A DNA stretch of 63,989 nucleotides, filler included, from Porpidia crustulata (lineage: Eukaryota): NCBI GenBank assembly GCA_964255105.1. It is 3 parts of 3 records of this genome, joined end to end, with 100 filler letters (N's around TTAATTAATTAA, not from the genome) between each part and the next. Parts side by side here need not be neighbours in the genome. Positions count along the whole stretch, not along the records: positions 1 to 22,676 come from CAXUWE010000083.1; positions 22,777 to 45,444 come from CAXUWE010000084.1; 1 more part is not named here. One strand, 5' to 3'. Every line of letters starts with the position of its first letter. Position 1 is the first letter of the stretch. Below, in pieces: positions 12,451-25,649 of the stretch. The notes under the pieces were generated by a model that was not told the origin of the DNA, searched no databases, and saw nothing but the letters and a program-made list of their open reading frames with translations. A program made the position numbers and the translations under genes.

Positions 12451-14056
12451 TTAATAGAGTATCTCCATCTCATCCTCCCCCTCACTCTCCCCACTTTCCG
12501 CCAAGAACTCGGACGCCAATGCCGCCCGCGCCGAAATCCTCTTCCTCGGATCCAATTCCAACAGTAACTTCAAAAACTCCACACACTCCTTAACCTCCGG
12601 GCTCAAATCCTCCTTTTCATCCGGCCGATTGGTCGATACGCTCCACTGCACGATATGCTCGAGCGCGAACCCCCTCTCCCCAATCGTTGGGATCGTGCAG
12701 TCGAGCACGGAGCCGTGCAAAAGAGCGCAATTCCGCATGCGCTTCTGCCCGAAGATCGACGCGACCTCGATGACGGCTTCGACGTCGTCGGCCGAGTTGA
12801 AGAAGGGGAAGCGTTGTGCGAGGATGGTGAGGAGGATGACGCCTGCGGACCAGATGTCGATTTTCGGGGTTTGGGCGGTGCATTTCAGGAGGACTTCGGG
12901 GGCGCGGAAGCCTCGGGTGCCGGCGCGGTTGGCACGTCGGGAGGATCGGGGGTCGTTTCGGGGGTAGCCGGTGGGGACGGGCTGTGTTGCAGCCTTGCTG
13001 AGCTCGATTTTGGTCCGCCGGGTTGGTAGACTGTCTTGGCAGAGACAGTGGGAGGAGTCTGTGCCTTCCCGCTATTTAAAACTCAGTATGACGGGCTTCG
13101 TTTGGAGCTCGGGGATATAATACTTCTGCTAAGCCAAAGTCTACTAGGACCCCTCGTTTTCGCTTTATATCGTATAGGAAGTTCCTGAAGAAATTAGCGT
13201 GGCTCTGGATATTGTAGACTGCTTTACTCACGTCGGCTTTATATCTCGGTGGATTATGCCATGCTTATGTACAGCGTTAAGAGCAGTGAACAAAGACCGA
13301 AAGTATATACGTATTTGAGTCGGTGTCATGACTTTGTAGAATGTCTAGCGCAAAATTAAAGATGCATCTGAGACGGCCAGAGGATGATGGAAGGCTTACT
13401 CGAAAATCCTGGTGTCTGAAATATGGTAGAACAGCTACAACCTGATCCTGATGCCTGAATGCCGTTATGAGCGGGCATACTGATTTCTGACCTTTTAAGT
13501 CATGTAGCAATTCCAGCTCATTATGTATTCTCATGGGGCTACTAGTGACATAGATCTTTTTTATTGCAACATAGCGAGGTTCTCTCCGTCCCCGAGAAGC
13601 AGAGCTCTGCGAGCTATCCATTCTTCTTGTCTTGACTGGGGGCGAAACCCAATTTGGGGCACTTCGTAATTCGATATCCCAATCATTCTGAAAGCAATCG
13701 TAGTGTAAATCTTCGGCCTTGTATACCGTTGAGAACGTGCCTACGCAAAGAATTGGTGTTAGCTATGGAGAATTCTGGTGGTTGATTATATTCAAAATAT
13801 GACCTTCTCCGATTCGATCTATCATCCGGTACTTCAACCCCATGCCTTTGAACGTGTGTTCGAGCTTGATCATCTCTTCCCTGACTGAATCCTCAATATG
13901 TAAATGCTCGCCTGAAGAGCTTTCGGAGCTGTCTGAGCCGTCCGTATATTCCTGACCGTCGTCGTCGTGATCATACTGCTCCCTTGTATTATGATCCAGC
14001 CCGGCCCTCTGGAGCTTCTGTCGATAATTATCAGTCACGAAAGGATGTTTTTCCAT
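12451..14056 (-). CDS. CDC7: Cdc7/Hsk1 Ser/Thr kinase
   Basis: YRMIDRIGEG-TFSTVYKA, VAIKKIYVTSSPMRIHNELELL, IIHRDIKP, RRANRAGTRGFRAPEV, LLELDPRKRISARAAL; start codon approximate. Confidence 0.93.
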
Positions 14057-14159
14057 CCTTAGCGCGTTGTGCTCAAGAGTTGCTCGATAAATGCCCCCCT
14101 TCTCCCATATCGCTATATGGTGATTTGTCTGGATCCGTCGGTGTTGTCGGATTTAGTGG

Positions 14160-14222
14160 GGTGACGCGATTTTACCCGCGTTTGTAAACAAAGTGGCCCG
14201 TGCGTCATGGCTTGTAAACACT
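14160..14222. promoter_or_regulatory. Bidirectional CDC7/YCS4 promoter with two forkhead-type GTAAACA sites and two MCB-like CGCG elements
   Basis: gtgACGCGattttaccCGCGTttGTAAACAaagtggcccgtgcgtcatggcttGTAAACA between divergent cell-cycle genes. Confidence 0.55.
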
Positions 14223-14353
14223 GGTCAACCACATTACTACACAGTTGTGAGAACTTCTGCTATTTGTATGACGACCTACCAAGCTACTTGATGAAAATTC
14301 CCAGCAGAGTAGCTATTGTGGCGCTACTCGACGCCCCTTAAAGCGACCTCAGG

Positions 14354-17300
14354 ATGGACAATAGGGTGGATTTCGATATCAATGAGGCACTGAAGAACTA
14401 TCTCAGCGACCCAGCCTTGATCGCGACGCCTGAAGCCGATGCGACCTTGGTACAATCTGAAAACGATCCGGACTTGCTCACCAATGGTCTCATCAACGGG
14501 GTGCTGAACCCGATCATTGACTCCATAGCCGAGAATCCAGACGCTCTTACAAGCAGCTCCAGCTTTGGCTCGTTACAATTCCTACTAAAGTGTGCCCCAA
14601 ATTCTCTTTCGTCTATGCAAAACTTCTCTACTGAGCCTGATTCTGAACTCTCCAAACTTTCCAGGTCTACGCAATTGCTTCCAACCACTTCGTTGAGCAA
14701 GATTTTTGATCTCATAGCCTCTGGTCTCTCGTCCGAGGCAGATATTGTACAAAACGAACTGGAGACAGACGAACAAGATGCTGTTCAACATCACAAACAT
14801 TTACTGGAAATGTATGCTTTCTTGCTACAGTGGTCAATTTCAGTTGTGGAGGTCAAGGCTGCAGAGAAACCAGCAGGCGGTGCTCCCGCAAAAAGTAGGG
14901 GAAATACTAAAGGTGGAAAAGCCAAAGCGAGTACAAAAGATGGCAACTGGGACTCTACTCTCCAGCTCCAAGCTGCCTTAGAAATAATGTGCAAAGTACT
15001 CAAAATGAAGCTTGGCAAGATCTTCATCACCACCTCTGAGAGGGATACGTTTGTTGGTCTCTTCACCCGAGCAGTATATCTGATTTTTGAAAATGAGACG
15101 AGAATAAAGAGCACTGTCTTAAGAATGCATGGCTTTAAGGTTCTCTGTATTGCGGTCAAGCACCATGGACATGCTTTTGGTACCCTCGTGTTCTTTATTT
15201 AAATCTTCGTATTACTGATTTAGGACAGGGGCTCAAACATCCATTATTCAAAATCTCTCATATTTCGAGCATCTCGCGGAGCCAATGGCTGAATTTCTCC
15301 ACATCCTTGCCGAGCAATATGACTACCCGCAGCTGACGGATGAGATCCTAAGGTAGCTACCTTCCCCTTCAATCTATGCAATTATCGGTATAACTTTCTA
15401 CATAGAGAGTTGAGCAACAAAGAGTTCAATAGCAACGATACGCGGGGCCCCAAGTCTGTTTCAGCGTTCCTCATCAAGCTCTCGGAACTTGCTCCGCGTT
15501 TGGTCATCAAGCAAATGACTTTGCTCATTAAACAATTAGACAGCGAGGTCAGATTCTCCCTTATGCTAGGCGTTAATGGCACTAACCTGTTTAGGCCTAT
15601 ACACTACGTTGTGCTGTGATTGAGGTGTGCGGCAATCTAATTATCGATTTGAGCAAGCAAGAGGAGCGTAATGAACATTCGCAGACGCAGATCAATGGCT
15701 TCTTTGACATTCTTGAGGAACGTTTCTTGGACATAAACCCGTATTGCCGGGTTAGAAACATTCATGTATACATGAAGCTGTGCGACCTGGAGCAGAAGTT
15801 TCCCAAGCGCCGACAGGCGGCTGCACGACTCGCCGCTCGAAGTCTCGAAGATAAGAGCAGTAATGTTCGAAGAAATGCAATTAAGCTACTTAGCAAACTT
15901 GTCTCAACCCATCCGTTCAGTGTTATGCACGGTGGGAAACTATCGTATAAAGAGTGGGAACAACGTCTACGAGCTGTCGAGGCTGAGCTGAATGCCTTGA
16001 AGCCTCCAGCAGGTTCCCCAGGTCTTGGAGAGAAGAATGGGCAAGCTGACACAACTGTTGACGAAGCTCTGCTCGACGAGGCTACAGTGCTGGAAGATCG
16101 CTCGAATACGGCCCCTCCCCTAACGGAGGAGCAGCAGGCGTTGGCTTTGAAGAAAGCAGCAGAGGATGCGGTGACTTCGGAGCTCATGTCGAGGCTCCAA
16201 CTGACCCGTAAGTATTATACCGAGGCCCTGCACTTTATTGAAGTCCTTCACGATGCGGCGCCAATTGTTTGCCAACTACTATCATCCAAAAATAAGAGTG
16301 AAGTTATTGAAGCCATGGACTTCTTCGTCATCATTGATGCCTACAAGATTGAAGCTGCTCGGACTGGCATACGCAGAATGCTTCGATTAATATGGACCAA
16401 AGGCAATAGCGACGAAGGGAAGGGAGTCCAGACACATCTCATTGAATGCTACCAAGGACTCTTTTTTGGAGCACCAGATGCATTCAGTGAAAACGACGCG
16501 GCAAATTACGTTGCTAGAAATATGATAAGCCTGACATTCGGAGCCACTCCAGCGGAACTAACTTCTCTCGAACAGCTTTTAAGCACCATGATAAAAGAGG
16601 GACATGTATCAGGATTGGTCGTGACAAAACTGTGGCAGGTGTACGGCGTTCAAAAGCAAGAAATATCGAGAAGTCAGAGACGTGGCGCTGTCATAGTGCT
16701 CGGTATGTTGGCCATAGCAGAGCCAGATATTGTCATCAGAGAAATGAGCACTATGCTCCGTATTGGTCTAGGCAACCTTGGCCAATCTGATCTGGGTCTT
16801 GCAAAATATACTTGCATAGCACTGCAACGCATCAACTCCACGAAACGGCAGGCGAAGGATGCTACTGCGGCGCCGTCGAAGCTCCCGAATGATCATGTCG
16901 TTCTTGTCAAGCTAGCTGCTATGGTTGAGGTCATATCTGACAGCAAGGAGTGGTAATTTTACCAAGTCTTCGATCTTGGTCTGTATAAAACTGACGAGAA
17001 TTCTAGGTATGGTGTTGCAGAACAAGCTATTGGCGCTATCTACGCTCTTTCAAAACACCCCGATACTCTCTGCTCAGAAATATTGCGGAGAAAGACGAAG
17101 CATGTCTTTCAACGGCAAAGACCTAAGACTCCTCCCGAGCCTATGGAAAACGTCGAAGGACGGAGTGGACTGCTTACTCCACCGCCCGAGGAGAGTCTAG
17201 TAAAGCAAAAGGGATCTATCGCTCTTGCCCAATTATTATTCGTCGTTGGTCACATCGCCATTAAGCAAATAGTCCACTTAGAGCTTTGTGAGCTTGAGTT

Positions 17301-18265
17301 CAAACGAAGGAAGGCCGAAAAGGAGAAAACCAAAGCCACAAATGGTTCTCCCACCAAAAGGTTGACGGTTGATCAAGACGAGCTCGACCTCATTGGCGGT
17401 ACCACAGAAGACGATTTCACTGAAGCCATGACCCACATCCGCGAACGAGAACTCCTTTACGGCGAGAAATCTCTTTTATCGAATTTTGCGCCCCTAGTCA
17501 CAGAGATATGCTCGAATAATACAGCTTACAAGAATGAGGATCTTCAGGCCGCTGCGACTTTGTGTATGGCCAAGCTCATGTGTGTTTCTTCCGAATACTG
17601 TGAGAACAATCTGCCACTTCTCATAACCATTCTCGAGAGGTCCGAAAACGCCGTTACGCGAAGCAATGTCGTAATAGCTTTGGGAGATATGGCTATTTGT
17701 TTCAACCACCTCATCGACGAGAATACCGATTTTCTCTACAGGAGACTAAATGACAGCGACGCTTCAGTCAAGCGTACCTGTTTAATGACTTTAACTTTTC
17801 TTATTCTGGCCGGGCAAGTCAAAGTCAAGGGCCAGTTGGGCGAGATGGCTAAGTGCCTAGAGGACTCAGACAAGCGCATTGCTGATATGTCAAGGATGTT
17901 CTTCACCGAGCTTGCAACTAAGGATAATGCAGTCTACAATCACTTCATCGACATGTTTTCGTTGCTGACAGCCGAGAAAGAACTTGGGGAGGATGCCCTG
18001 AAGCGAATCATCAAATTCTTGTCATCGTTCATAGAAAAGGTGAGCCATCAGACACTCCCCTCCTCTTCAACTCTACATACTCACTTTTGGACAGGACAAG
18101 CATGCTAAACAGCTTGCGGACAAGCTTGCAGCAAGGCTTGCACGGTGTGATAATGAGAAACAGTGGAATGATGTGGCTTACGCCCTCTCACTCTTACAAC
18201 ACAAGAATGAGGACATTCAGAAGACTGTGAATGCAGGTTTCCAACTTGTCCAAGCGGCGGCCTAA
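14354..18265 (+). CDS. YCS4: Condensin complex subunit 1 (Ycs4/Cnd1/CAP-D2)
   Basis: FDINEALK, RSLEDKSSNVRRNAIKLL, ELDLIGGTTEDDFTE, RSNVVIALGDMAICFNHLIDENTDFLYRRL, GQVKVKGQLGEMAKCL; several introns. Confidence 0.95.
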
Positions 18266-18383
18266 AGATATGTGCCAGGGTGAGTCTGCTTACTTGTAAG
18301 CATGATTGTATCGTCGGTGGCGTTCCGGTTGAGGTGTATCGGGGGAAGTACAGGGGGAAATACTGTCGATACCCTTTGAAATA

Positions 18384-19044
18384 CTAACGAAGTGACTTGG
18401 GTTCGTTTTCGAAATCCTCAGAATAGGACGTTCCGGTTGTTGTGGCTTCTTCTTTCACAAACAATACAAATCTAAAGGCAGAATTACCATTGAGGTAGTA
18501 TCGATGTAAACGCTTGCTTTTGAGGAAACCAAGCCGCTCATAGAGCTTCATTGCTGCAGTATTAGTGACCTCCGTTTCGAGGGCGATCTAGTAAAGGTCA
18601 AACAAGATAACTTGATTGCCTTCGAAGTGGACTGTACCTCATCGGCTTCGCGTTGAATCATGACGTCAATCGCCATACAGACCAGTTTCGTAGCGATGCC
18701 TCTTCCTCGATGCTCTTCTCTTACCGCTAGCATAGCGATGTAACCCCTGAGCGGACCGCCGCGATGAGGTTCCAGCTTTGATATTACCACGCCTACTAGG
18801 TTCTTATTCTCATCCAAAGCCTGCAAAAAAGTGAGCACTATCTGTCAGCGCTAAGAGAATCACACACCATAAAACACAAATCTCCCCACTGGTAGAGGAA
18901 GTATCTGTAAACATATATACTGTAGGGCTCGGAGAGATCACGAGAAATGAGCTGCCTGATGGCTGGAAGGTAAACAGACTCTTTGTCACTATGATACTGA
19001 ATATACTCAAGCTCAGGATGAGCCGCTATTGCCTCTTCACTCAT
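18384..19044 (-). CDS. MAK3: NatC N-terminal acetyltransferase catalytic subunit (Mak3/Naa30)
   Basis: DLSEPYSIYVYRYFLYQW, RGYIAMLAVREEHRGRGIA, IALETEVTNTAAMKLYERLGFLKSKRLHRYYLNG. Confidence 0.93.
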
Positions 19045-19247
19045 GCCGAGATACTTCCTTTGAAGTAAAGATTGCTCGTTGCACTCGGAGGAAATCTCGA
19101 GGACGGACGCCCTGTAGGGCACCGCTCGAACGCTAGGCCTGAAAAAGAAATGGCAAGCAAATTACATGTGAACAAGGACAGCTAAGGTAAAGCTCAAACC
19201 TCTAGCGTCGTGTGTTTTCACAACATACACTAAGCTTTTGCCCCGAA

Positions 19248-21351
19248 ATGTCTGGGCTGAGGCAGCGAATCTTTGGCGATCCCTCTTCTACGGAGCCTTC
19301 GAGAGATCCTTCACCAACAAAGGGAGAGCCGGTAACACTTGTGCCAGCTTCGCACCTCGAAAAGCTCAAAAGTAGAAGGAGATGGAGTAGAGGGATTATA
19401 TTTGGGCTCGGCGGCTTATTCGGTATCGTTATTGCGGCAATCGTCGCCAATCGTCACGATGTCATCAACTTGGAGGGCTTCATGGACTTGAATCTGGAGT
19501 CATTATTGGACGTAATTCCAGCAGGCATTATAAATGATGCCAAGGACCTTACAGTAAGACCAGGACATTACCTGCTCAAGTACGGAAATTTTAATAAGCT
19601 GAAGCTGAAGCTGATGTAGATCATGGCGATAGCGGTCTGAACGCGAGGTGGTCAATTACGACTCGTTTGCTGTGGGCCTACATCTACAATCACAAGGAGT
19701 CAAGGCTCGGCATCCAGTGATCATGATTCCGGGAGTGATATCCACAGGTTTGGAAAGCTGGGGTACAGAAAAAGCCTCGCGGCAATACTTCAGAAAGCGA
19801 TTATGGGGTAGTTGGAGCATGATGAGGGCGCTTGTTTTGGACAAAGCAAGCTGGAAGAGGCATATTATGCTTGACAAGATCACTGGGCTAGATCCCCCAG
19901 GCATAAAATTGAGAGCTGCGCAAGGCTTCGATGCCGCTGACTTGTGAGCTTGTCCGTACATTGCAGAGCTTCGGACCAATCCTACTGACTGGTGAAGTAG
20001 CTTCATCACCGGCTACTGGATCTGGAATAAAATCATAGAAAATCTTGCTACGCTTGGATATGACCCGTAAGCTGGACCCAATCGAGATTTGAACGCCCAG
20101 CTCACCTATCGAAGGACAAATGCATTTACGGCTGCCTACGACTGGCGCTTGTCATGCAAGAATCTAGAGGTTCGTGATCAGTACTTTACAAGACTGAAAG
20201 CATATATCGAGACAGCGTTCCAGACGTCAGGTGAGAAGGTAGTTCTCGTGTCGCACAGTATGGGCTCGCAGGTCCTTTTCTATTTTCTGCATTGGGTCGA
20301 AGCCAAAGGACACGGAGGCGGCGGTCCAGGATGGGTCGAAAAATTTGTCGGTTCTTGGATAAATATAAGCGGTTCTTTACTAGGCGCTTTGAAGGGTCTA
20401 CCTGCTGTTCTTTCGGGAGAAATGAAGGATACTGCTCAGCTCAATGCATTTGCAGTCTACGGGTTGGAGAAGTTTCTTGCTAAAGAGGAGCGCGTCGAGA
20501 TCTTCAGGGCGATGCCGGGCATCTCAAGTATGCTTCCAAAGGGAGGTGATGCCATTTGGGGAAACAATACCTGGGCTCCTGACGACCGAAGCGACCAGAA
20601 GATTAGCTATGGAACTTTCATTAATTTCAGGGAAAACAATTCCACCCAGTCACCCAAGAATCTCACTGTGGAAGAGAGTATTGAGTATCTTCTCAAGCAT
20701 AGCGACACATGGTATAAGGATCAAGTCGAAAAGCACTATTCTCACGGAATCGCCCACACAACAGCTGAGGTCGAAGATAACGGGCGGGACCCGAGGAAAT
20801 GGATCAATCCGCTCGAAACGCGACTCCCATTAGCACCAAACTTGAAAATATATTGCTTTTATGGGGTTGGCAAATCGACCGAACGAAGTTATTTTTACCG
20901 CGAAGATCAAGACCCGATTTCGAATCTTAACGTGACAATCGATACATCATTCACAATGGGAAAAGTGGATCATGGTATTATCATGGGAGAAGGTGACGGA
21001 ACGGTACCGCTTCTAAGCAATGGCTACATGTGCGCCAAAGGCTGGCGGCTCAAGAGGTTCAACCCTGCAGGTGTACAGATCAAGGTCTACGAAATGCCAC
21101 ACGAGCCAGATCGCTTATCACCCAGGGGCGGACCCAATACTGGTACGGAATGTTCGAAAATAAAATTCACAGATATTTGAGATGCTAACTCAAATCTAGG
21201 GGATCACGTCGATATCCTCGGGCGATCGTCTCTGAACGACCTGATCCTACGCATTGCTGGCGGAAAAGGTGATCAGATCGACGAAAACTATGTTTCTGAC
21301 ATTCGAGAGTATTCAGAGAAGGTGAAGATCTATGAAGAGAAGGGAAAATGA
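19248..21351 (+). CDS. LRO1: Phospholipid:diacylglycerol acyltransferase (PDAT, LCAT family)
   Basis: N-terminal TM; PVIMIPGVISTGLESW, AAYDWRLS, VLVSHSMGSQ lipase motif, GEGDGTVPLLS, DHVDILG. Confidence 0.95.
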
Positions 21352-21900
21352 ATTGCTCGTAATGGCGATTTGTCAAGATTCAGAGGTTGGATACATTACA
21401 GGAATTATAGACACCATACCAGGACGTTTGCGGCGCGAATATGGCATAATCCATAAAGTCCGTTTTGAAATGCCAGTACACTGCTAGCTGACATTTATCT
21501 ATTCTCTTCTTGTCTCGCCTCACTTGCAATTTTCTATACACACTATGCATTGTTTTCGGTTTCAACTTTTCTTTCCCGATAAATAATCACATTTTATTTC
21601 ACAAATAAGTGTCTGCTATCAGTCACTGAAAGCCATTAAAACATCTAGGTTATTGTACATGGTGAATCCCACCTTAACATAATCCTCTTCAACAATAATT
21701 GGGCCTGTCGATGCTGTGAGCCTTTCGTCAATCGTCATGGGTATGACCCAAAGCCCTGAGCTTCCAATCGATTAACTGGCGCCTCCTAACTTTCCCATCG
21801 CGAATCATTTCTACTTCAACGCCGAGAAACTGCGGGCTCTTCTGATACCACAACTCTACGGTATATCTCAATTGAGGTATAGTATATGAAAAACCAAAAA

Positions 21901-22019
21901 ACATACAACAGTAGGGATTCGCTGGTCGTCACCGACCCAACTACTAACCTACCGATCACCAGCTTGTATATGGCAGAGCGGACGGGATGCCTAATTCTCT
22001 GGTGTCTATGGTCGTATGT
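21901..22019 (-). rRNA. 5S rRNA gene (dispersed copy)
   Basis: Reverse strand ACATACGACCATAG...CATCCCGTCCGCTCTGCC...GTTAGTAGTTGGGTCGGTGACGACCAGCGAATCCCTACTGTTGTATGT; ~119 nt with paired ends, followed by a T-run Pol III terminator. Confidence 0.95.
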
Positions 22020-22676
22020 GGAAGTTGTGCTGCTATAATGTTATATTATCTGTATTTCACGCAAGAAACAATTGAAGATTCATATCCTACACAATCATCA
22101 CTCATTTTGTTCAAAACATATGTTTACCTCCCAATGCAAACACTGCGGCTCAATTACTAACCTCTAACCATTCAGGTCTCGTTATTGTGCCACCGGTCTC
22201 TTGCCGTGATCCAGAAGACAGGGAAGAAGAGCACATATTCCACCAATTGCTGTATCTTAACTTTTGTCTCACAGCAGCTTTTTCACAACGCACGGAAGAA
22301 AAAAAGGCCAACACAAGAACCATGCAGTATATCATTCTTTGTCAATGGAACATCTTGTTGTATGAGACAGCACTTAAGACGAACAAAGCCTTCAAATACA
22401 CCTATCCAGGCAGACCTGTCTCAGAGTCATACAGTAGTACATGTATATACATCTGCAAACCGCCAGCCGTGTCCTCCTTCCATAAATCTCTAAATATCTC
22501 TTTACGTAGACTTTTATCTCAATTCATTTCTCGGCGCCCAAGCTCATCGAAATCCTCTATCCAAACGCGATCCTATGGCGTCCCAACCACACAGCGAATT
22601 GTGGAGCCAACGGCTCAAGAAATTAGCGATGACTAAACATCGCCGCGACCATACCGACACACGACAAGCCCAACGA

Positions 22677-22776
22677 NNNNNNNNNNNNNNNNNNNNNNNN
22701 NNNNNNNNNNNNNNNNNNNNTTAATTAATTAANNNNNNNNNNNNNNNNNNNNNNNNNNNNNNNNNNNNNNNNNNNN
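22677..22776. other. Artificial contig spacer (44N-TTAATTAATTAA-44N)
   Basis: Exactly 100 nt; palindromic six-frame-stop linker, identical to the one at 45445-45544. Confidence 0.95.
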
Positions 22777-23410
22777 TTTTTGGGATCGTGGAAGCTGACT
22801 TGGCCGGTTGCCATGGCGGAGGATTTAAGGAGATTGGACCAGGGGGTATAGATTATTGTGACGTTGTCTTTTTTGTTGCCTGTTTGATGCTGAAATCAAT
22901 ATATGCTTTGAGGTGCTGTGGGTTGCGACTGTTGTGGATCCCAATAATTGTAGGACGGCGACGGTCGTGGAGGTTATGAAACATGCCATACCCTCAATCG
23001 AGTTCGCTTTGGTGAGCTGCGCACAGTCCTCGACCAGAGCGGCGGGAAGCTCATCCCATTTTTGCTCGGGTGTAAGACGCAAATATACGTGTGCGCTGGA
23101 GAGGTTATCGGCATGGAACTAGATTACCACGAGGGCGAAGTTGGCTTTCGATTCCGAAGCTTCAGGGTGGAGCGGCGAAACAGCTTACCCTACGTAAAAA
23201 AATGAGCTCAAATATTAGAGATAGTCGGCTTCAGCCTTCGATACCATACATCCTCTTCCCAGCCGTATTTGATCAGTTCCTCATCTGTAGAGCGGTCAGC
23301 TCGGGTGCAATTACGACATGACATCTGGTCCGCGGACTTTCGAATTTGTCTTTGCCTACGTAGATTATGGCTTGGGGAGAGACCGCAACTGAAGTGAAGT
23401 AATAGACCAT
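22777..23410 (-). CDS. JLP2: CCDC25/Jlp2 (DUF814/NFACT-R) protein, 3' end cut by the gap
   Basis: MVYYFTS...[66 protein letters not shown]. Confidence 0.88.
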
Positions 23411-23968
23411 ATTGGACTATCCGAACGTAGGCTTCTCGCAAAGACTCTCTGAGCAGGAGACCAAAGCGAGGAATATTGTGGGCAGAATTCCAAAGGCGGT
23501 GAAACTCGGTCTGAGCCCTAAATCGCGTAAACCTCCTCATTAAAATAGGTGTACTCACAACTTTTGGTGCATCGTCGCAACTTTTACTTTAATTACATAT
23601 TGCGATACTGTGTGGAAGGTATATCAGTTATAGTTGAGCACGGTGAATATTTCGATAGTCTCTGTGTACAGTTTCTGGAATGTAAAAATAATGAGGGAAA
23701 GCAAGGCAAAAGGGTAAAAGTGGCAACTGATATATCTACTCAGTAGCATGGCTTTACTTGGACAGATGCGTATAAAATTCATCCTTGTCTCTGGTACCCG
23801 AAGATCTAGGGGACTACCAAACTACGGAGACGTCAACCGCCTTCTTGGGCGAGAATATAAGCCCACCCCTCAACGCCGGAACAAATCTATGTACAATCAA
23901 CAACGTACGCTGGTTTCCTTCTCAGAAAACACACATTAGAACATTCAAAAAGATAAGGCCAACATCGC

Positions 23969-25649
23969 CTACTCAGGCGCCAGTCCACTCGGGACATCCG
24001 GAAGCTGATTAATGTGTTTTTTGACAAATTCAAACGATGAGAAGAAAATAGTGTTGATGACGCAGGAGCGTGCCATAGAAACGCCGAGACCTGGAGAAGT
24101 AGAAAGTACTTGGTCAGTGAATGAAGTAGTTGGCGGCAGGAGACGGGCAAATTTGGGCTTCAGGGGTGGCAAGACCGAGATGGCTTACCTCTATACATTC
24201 CCCTATTGAAAAATTGGATCCTGGGCACCTTCACTGGTTGCCCTTTTGCTTTAGTCAAACAATTACGCTGATAGTGTGTTTTCGCCGAGTCAATTGGATA
24301 AATCTATACACACATCAGTCGCAGTCTGGATGCATATGTTCTATGGCATATCTTAAACTTACGCAAGCCCAGGAAACCAAACCGCAAAGCCCACCCGCCG
24401 TAGCTACAGACGAAGGAGAAGTGGGCGAAGAACTGCCCTGGAATTTTACAAGCAGCTGCTTAACGCTCTCGTAGGTTGTGAAATATATGGCCGTGCCAAT
24501 CGTGTCTCTCACTAAGAGAGCATAACAATTGAGTAAAATGTTTTCACTTCAAGTGTAGAGGAGGCACTTACGTAAATGCAAACCAAAACCCGAGTATAAA
24601 CCAGCAACACCCCGATTTGATACAATGCTCATCGCCGTCCTAAATGTTCCCTTTCTTTGGTAACTCCCTCGTAGTGGGTCATCCATACTCGAGGTGCTTT
24701 TGGCCATCAGAACTGAAATTTGGGCTGAAAGCTTTGTCAATTCAAAGGGGCCTATACCAATGTTAGAATGAACATCTCTAAAATGAGACGCTTATGCCTA
24801 CATGCTACGGCTGTAATGATGGCCCCAGCTGTGGCACCCGCAGCTCCAAAACAGACGATGGTCCCAAATGTCGGAATACTACCCGGTCTATTGACGACCA
24901 CAAGAGGCTCATCACCGCCAGTGGCTGCCCCTATAGCAGCAGAAAATTTGTATTTGGCTTTTTGATAGATAGAGAAGGAGACGGTCCGAACGAATGTGAC
25001 GCTTGCAAGAGGGGCCAAGGCACCTAACAGGGTGACATCCATCATTAGCTTTGCGTAGCAAAAGAGAGGACCTGTACTCAGCATGCGAAGGAGCTCTTAA
25101 AAACAGCTGGCGTCAATAAAAATATGGTCGTCATGGTGCTTGTTTCCTTTCCGCTTCTACATTCTTCCACACGCCAAATTCATGATATACAGTTCCCCTC
25201 TTCTTGAATATCTAAAAAGCACCTAGGGAAGCGAATACGTACCTCGCCAAAACCCTTTGAATCCTTCAGCTTTGTAAGTATGCTGGACGCAGGCTGTAAA
25301 GTGCTGGAACCGATAGCTACAAGGGTTTAATCCATATTCTTGTAAGACTCAATCACGAGAAGTAGTGTACATACGCCTGCATACGGGTTTTGACAGAGTC
25401 CAAGGGGTACTGCCAGGAATATCGCGTATTAGCATAGTGATCCAGGAATTTCAAGGCGTAAATTCTACCCACAGCAACAAATGTGGAAAGCACGCTGCTT
25501 CCACTCGCTGCTATCTCGGTTCGGTATTTCTTTGCCCAGTGTTTTCTATGCTGTATGATCGGAAGTACAGGCGAGACCGTGGATTCATCAGGATCCTTTG
25601 CTGGTCCATTACCGCCGGTAGATCTTCGTTCGATATTGGCCATATTCAT
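23969..25649 (-). CDS. Mitochondrial carrier family (SLC25) protein
   Basis: YPLDSVKTRMQ and PFELTKL (Px[D/E]xx[K/R] motifs), GLYSGFGLHL-RDTIGTAIYFTTYE, GLGVSMARSCVINTIFFSSFE. Confidence 0.9.

Noticed and set aside
22721..22732. Palindromic TTAATTAATTAA within N runs (also 45489-45500)
   Set aside because: Identical 100-nt construct at both gaps; an assembly linker with stops in all six frames, not biology. Adjacency across it is unproven.
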